The notes under the pieces were generated by a model that made no database searches, was not told where the DNA came from, and saw only the letters and a list, made by a program, of their open reading frames with translations. From NCBI GenBank assembly GCA_964608335.1, contig CAZSOE010000001.1, forward strand, positions 1-25,717: a stretch of 25,717 nt of DNA. Direction: 5' to 3'. The DNA comes from an uncultured Chloracidobacterium sp. (GTDB lineage: Bacteria > Acidobacteriota > Blastocatellia > Pyrinomonadales > Pyrinomonadaceae). Both the position numbers and the translations under genes were made by a program. Below, piece by piece: positions 24,507-25,717 of the stretch. Every line of letters starts with the position of its first letter. The first letter of the stretch is position 1.

Positions 24507-24624
24507 AAATTGCTTGCATTTGGTCTCGGCAATAGCCGATAATTATCAGTGAATGGGCGTTTTCGCGAACGTCCGGTGCCTTTCCCTCTCTCGCGTCCAC
24601 CACCCTCCGGAGAAGAGATCCTAA

Positions 24625-25717
24625 ATGAGCTTGCTCGACATAGCGCCCATTATTGAGCAGATGCTGCTCACGTCCGAGAACGTCAGCGACCTTAACTTCT
24701 CGTGCAATCAGAAGCCGCAGGTTGAGATCAACGGTGTTCTATATCCGACATCGCCGCTGGGCCTCGGGAAACTGTCAGCGTTTCAGACCGAAATGATAGC
24801 GATGTCGTTGATCCGCGATAACCCTGACGCAGGCGCGCATCTCGTTAAGTTTCGCACCGCCGATCTCAGCTACGCCCTGCCGGGCAAATGCCGGTTTCGC
24901 GTCAACATTTTTCAGCAGCGCAATTCGTACTCGATCGTGATGCGTGTGATCCCGCACGACATTCCAACGTTCGATGCGCTTCGCTTGCCGCCGCAGCTCG
25001 CGGAGATCGCAGACATCCGCAACGGCGTAGTTCTCCTGACCGGTCCCACCGGGTCGGGTAAGAGCTCGACTTTGGCGGCTATCATCGACCGGATTAACGA
25101 AACGAAGGCGTATCACATCGTCACCATCGAAGACCCGATAGAGTTTCTTCACTCACACAAGAGATCGACGATCAATCAGCGCGAGGTCGGCGCTGATACT
25201 AAAGATTTTGCGTCGGCGCTGCGAGCCGCGTTGCGACAGGCGCCGAAGGTAATACTGGTCGGCGAGATGCGCGACCTCGAAACCGCAGAGATAGCCCTCG
25301 AGGCGGCCGAGACAGGCCATCTGGTTCTATCGACACTTCATACGATCGATGCCTCCAAAACGATCGACCGCATCATCGGACTTTATCCAAAGAATGAAGA
25401 GCGGGTCATCCGCACGCGACTTGCGCAGACGTTTCGTTACATCGTCTCACAGCGTCTTATTCCGACCGCCGACGGGCGAGGACGCATAGCCGCGGTCGAG
25501 ATCCTTAGATCGAACCCGCGTACGCGCGAATACATCGAGAAGGGCGAGCAGGAAGGCAAGACCTTGCTCGACGCGATACGCGACGGCGAGATCGACGGCA
25601 TGCAGGATTTTGACACGGTCATTCGCGAGATGATCGAAAAGCAGTTGATCACGATGGAGGACGGCCTATCGTTTGCTACGAACCAAAACAACCTGCTGCT
25701 GCAGCTCAAAGGCCTCT
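24625..25717 (+). CDS. PilT/PilU family type IV pilus retraction ATPase, partial (runs off the window end; absent from the supplied ORF track)
   Basis: Translated by hand from ATG 24625: RFRVNIFQQR, Walker A GPTGSGKS, TIEDPIE, QREVG, ALRQAPKVILVGEMRD, ETGHLVLSTLH. It lacks AIRNLIRE (TREYIEK instead), so it may be PilU-like. Confidence 0.92.
   Translation, partial: MSLLDIAPIIEQMLLTSENVSDLNFSCNQKPQVEINGVLYPTSPLGLGKLSAFQTEMIAMSLIRDNPDAGAHLVKFRTADLSYALPGKCRFRVNIFQQRNSYSIVMRVIPHDIPTFDALRLPPQLAEIADIRNGVVLLTGPTGSGKSSTLAAIIDRINETKAYHIVTIEDPIEFLHSHKRSTINQREVGADTKDFASALRAALRQAPKVILVGEMRDLETAEIALEAAETGHLVLSTLHTIDASKTIDRIIGLYPKNEERVIRTRLAQTFRYIVSQRLIPTADGRGRIAAVEILRSNPRTREYIEKGEQEGKTLLDAIRDGEIDGMQDFDTVIREMIEKQLITMEDGLSFATNQNNLLLQLKGL

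Noticed and set aside
1-25717. CRISPR arrays, rRNA, IS elements, defence systems, cytochrome c maturation genes
   Set aside because: None was recognisable on reading either strand.

Overview
About 22 kb (282-22126) of this window is a redox/respiration locus. It lies between a tRNA-Ala 3' remnant (probable attR of an AT-rich element off the left edge) and an intact tRNA-Leu(CAA), followed by housekeeping genes (queA, rimI-like, thiE, partial pilT/pilU). The gene set looks like Acidobacteriota, possibly Blastocatellia; this is inferred from protein style and not verified. The core is a predicted inner-membrane-to-surface electron conduit: a decaheme MtrA/DmsE-type cytochrome with an MtrB-like porin, a Rieske/cytochrome b complex with a membrane-anchored nonaheme cytochrome in place of c1, an ImcH-like NapC/NirT cytochrome, a monoheme cytochrome and two nonaheme cytochromes built from c7-type triheme repeats. 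I count 46 c-heme motifs in six proteins and see no MtrC. The intergenic DNA reads as a two-tier circuit. An Aer/NifL-type PAS hybrid kinase and an NtrC-like activator sit next to five good and one deviant sigma54 -24/-12 promoters, most with a recurring YGCGA-(A/T-rich N6)-YCRCA motif nearby. One of these promoters drives a Crp-type regulator, and perfect TGTGA-N6-TCACA boxes lie at class II positions ahead of mtrAB and the nonaheme pair. All motif calls were made by eye and no databases were searched.
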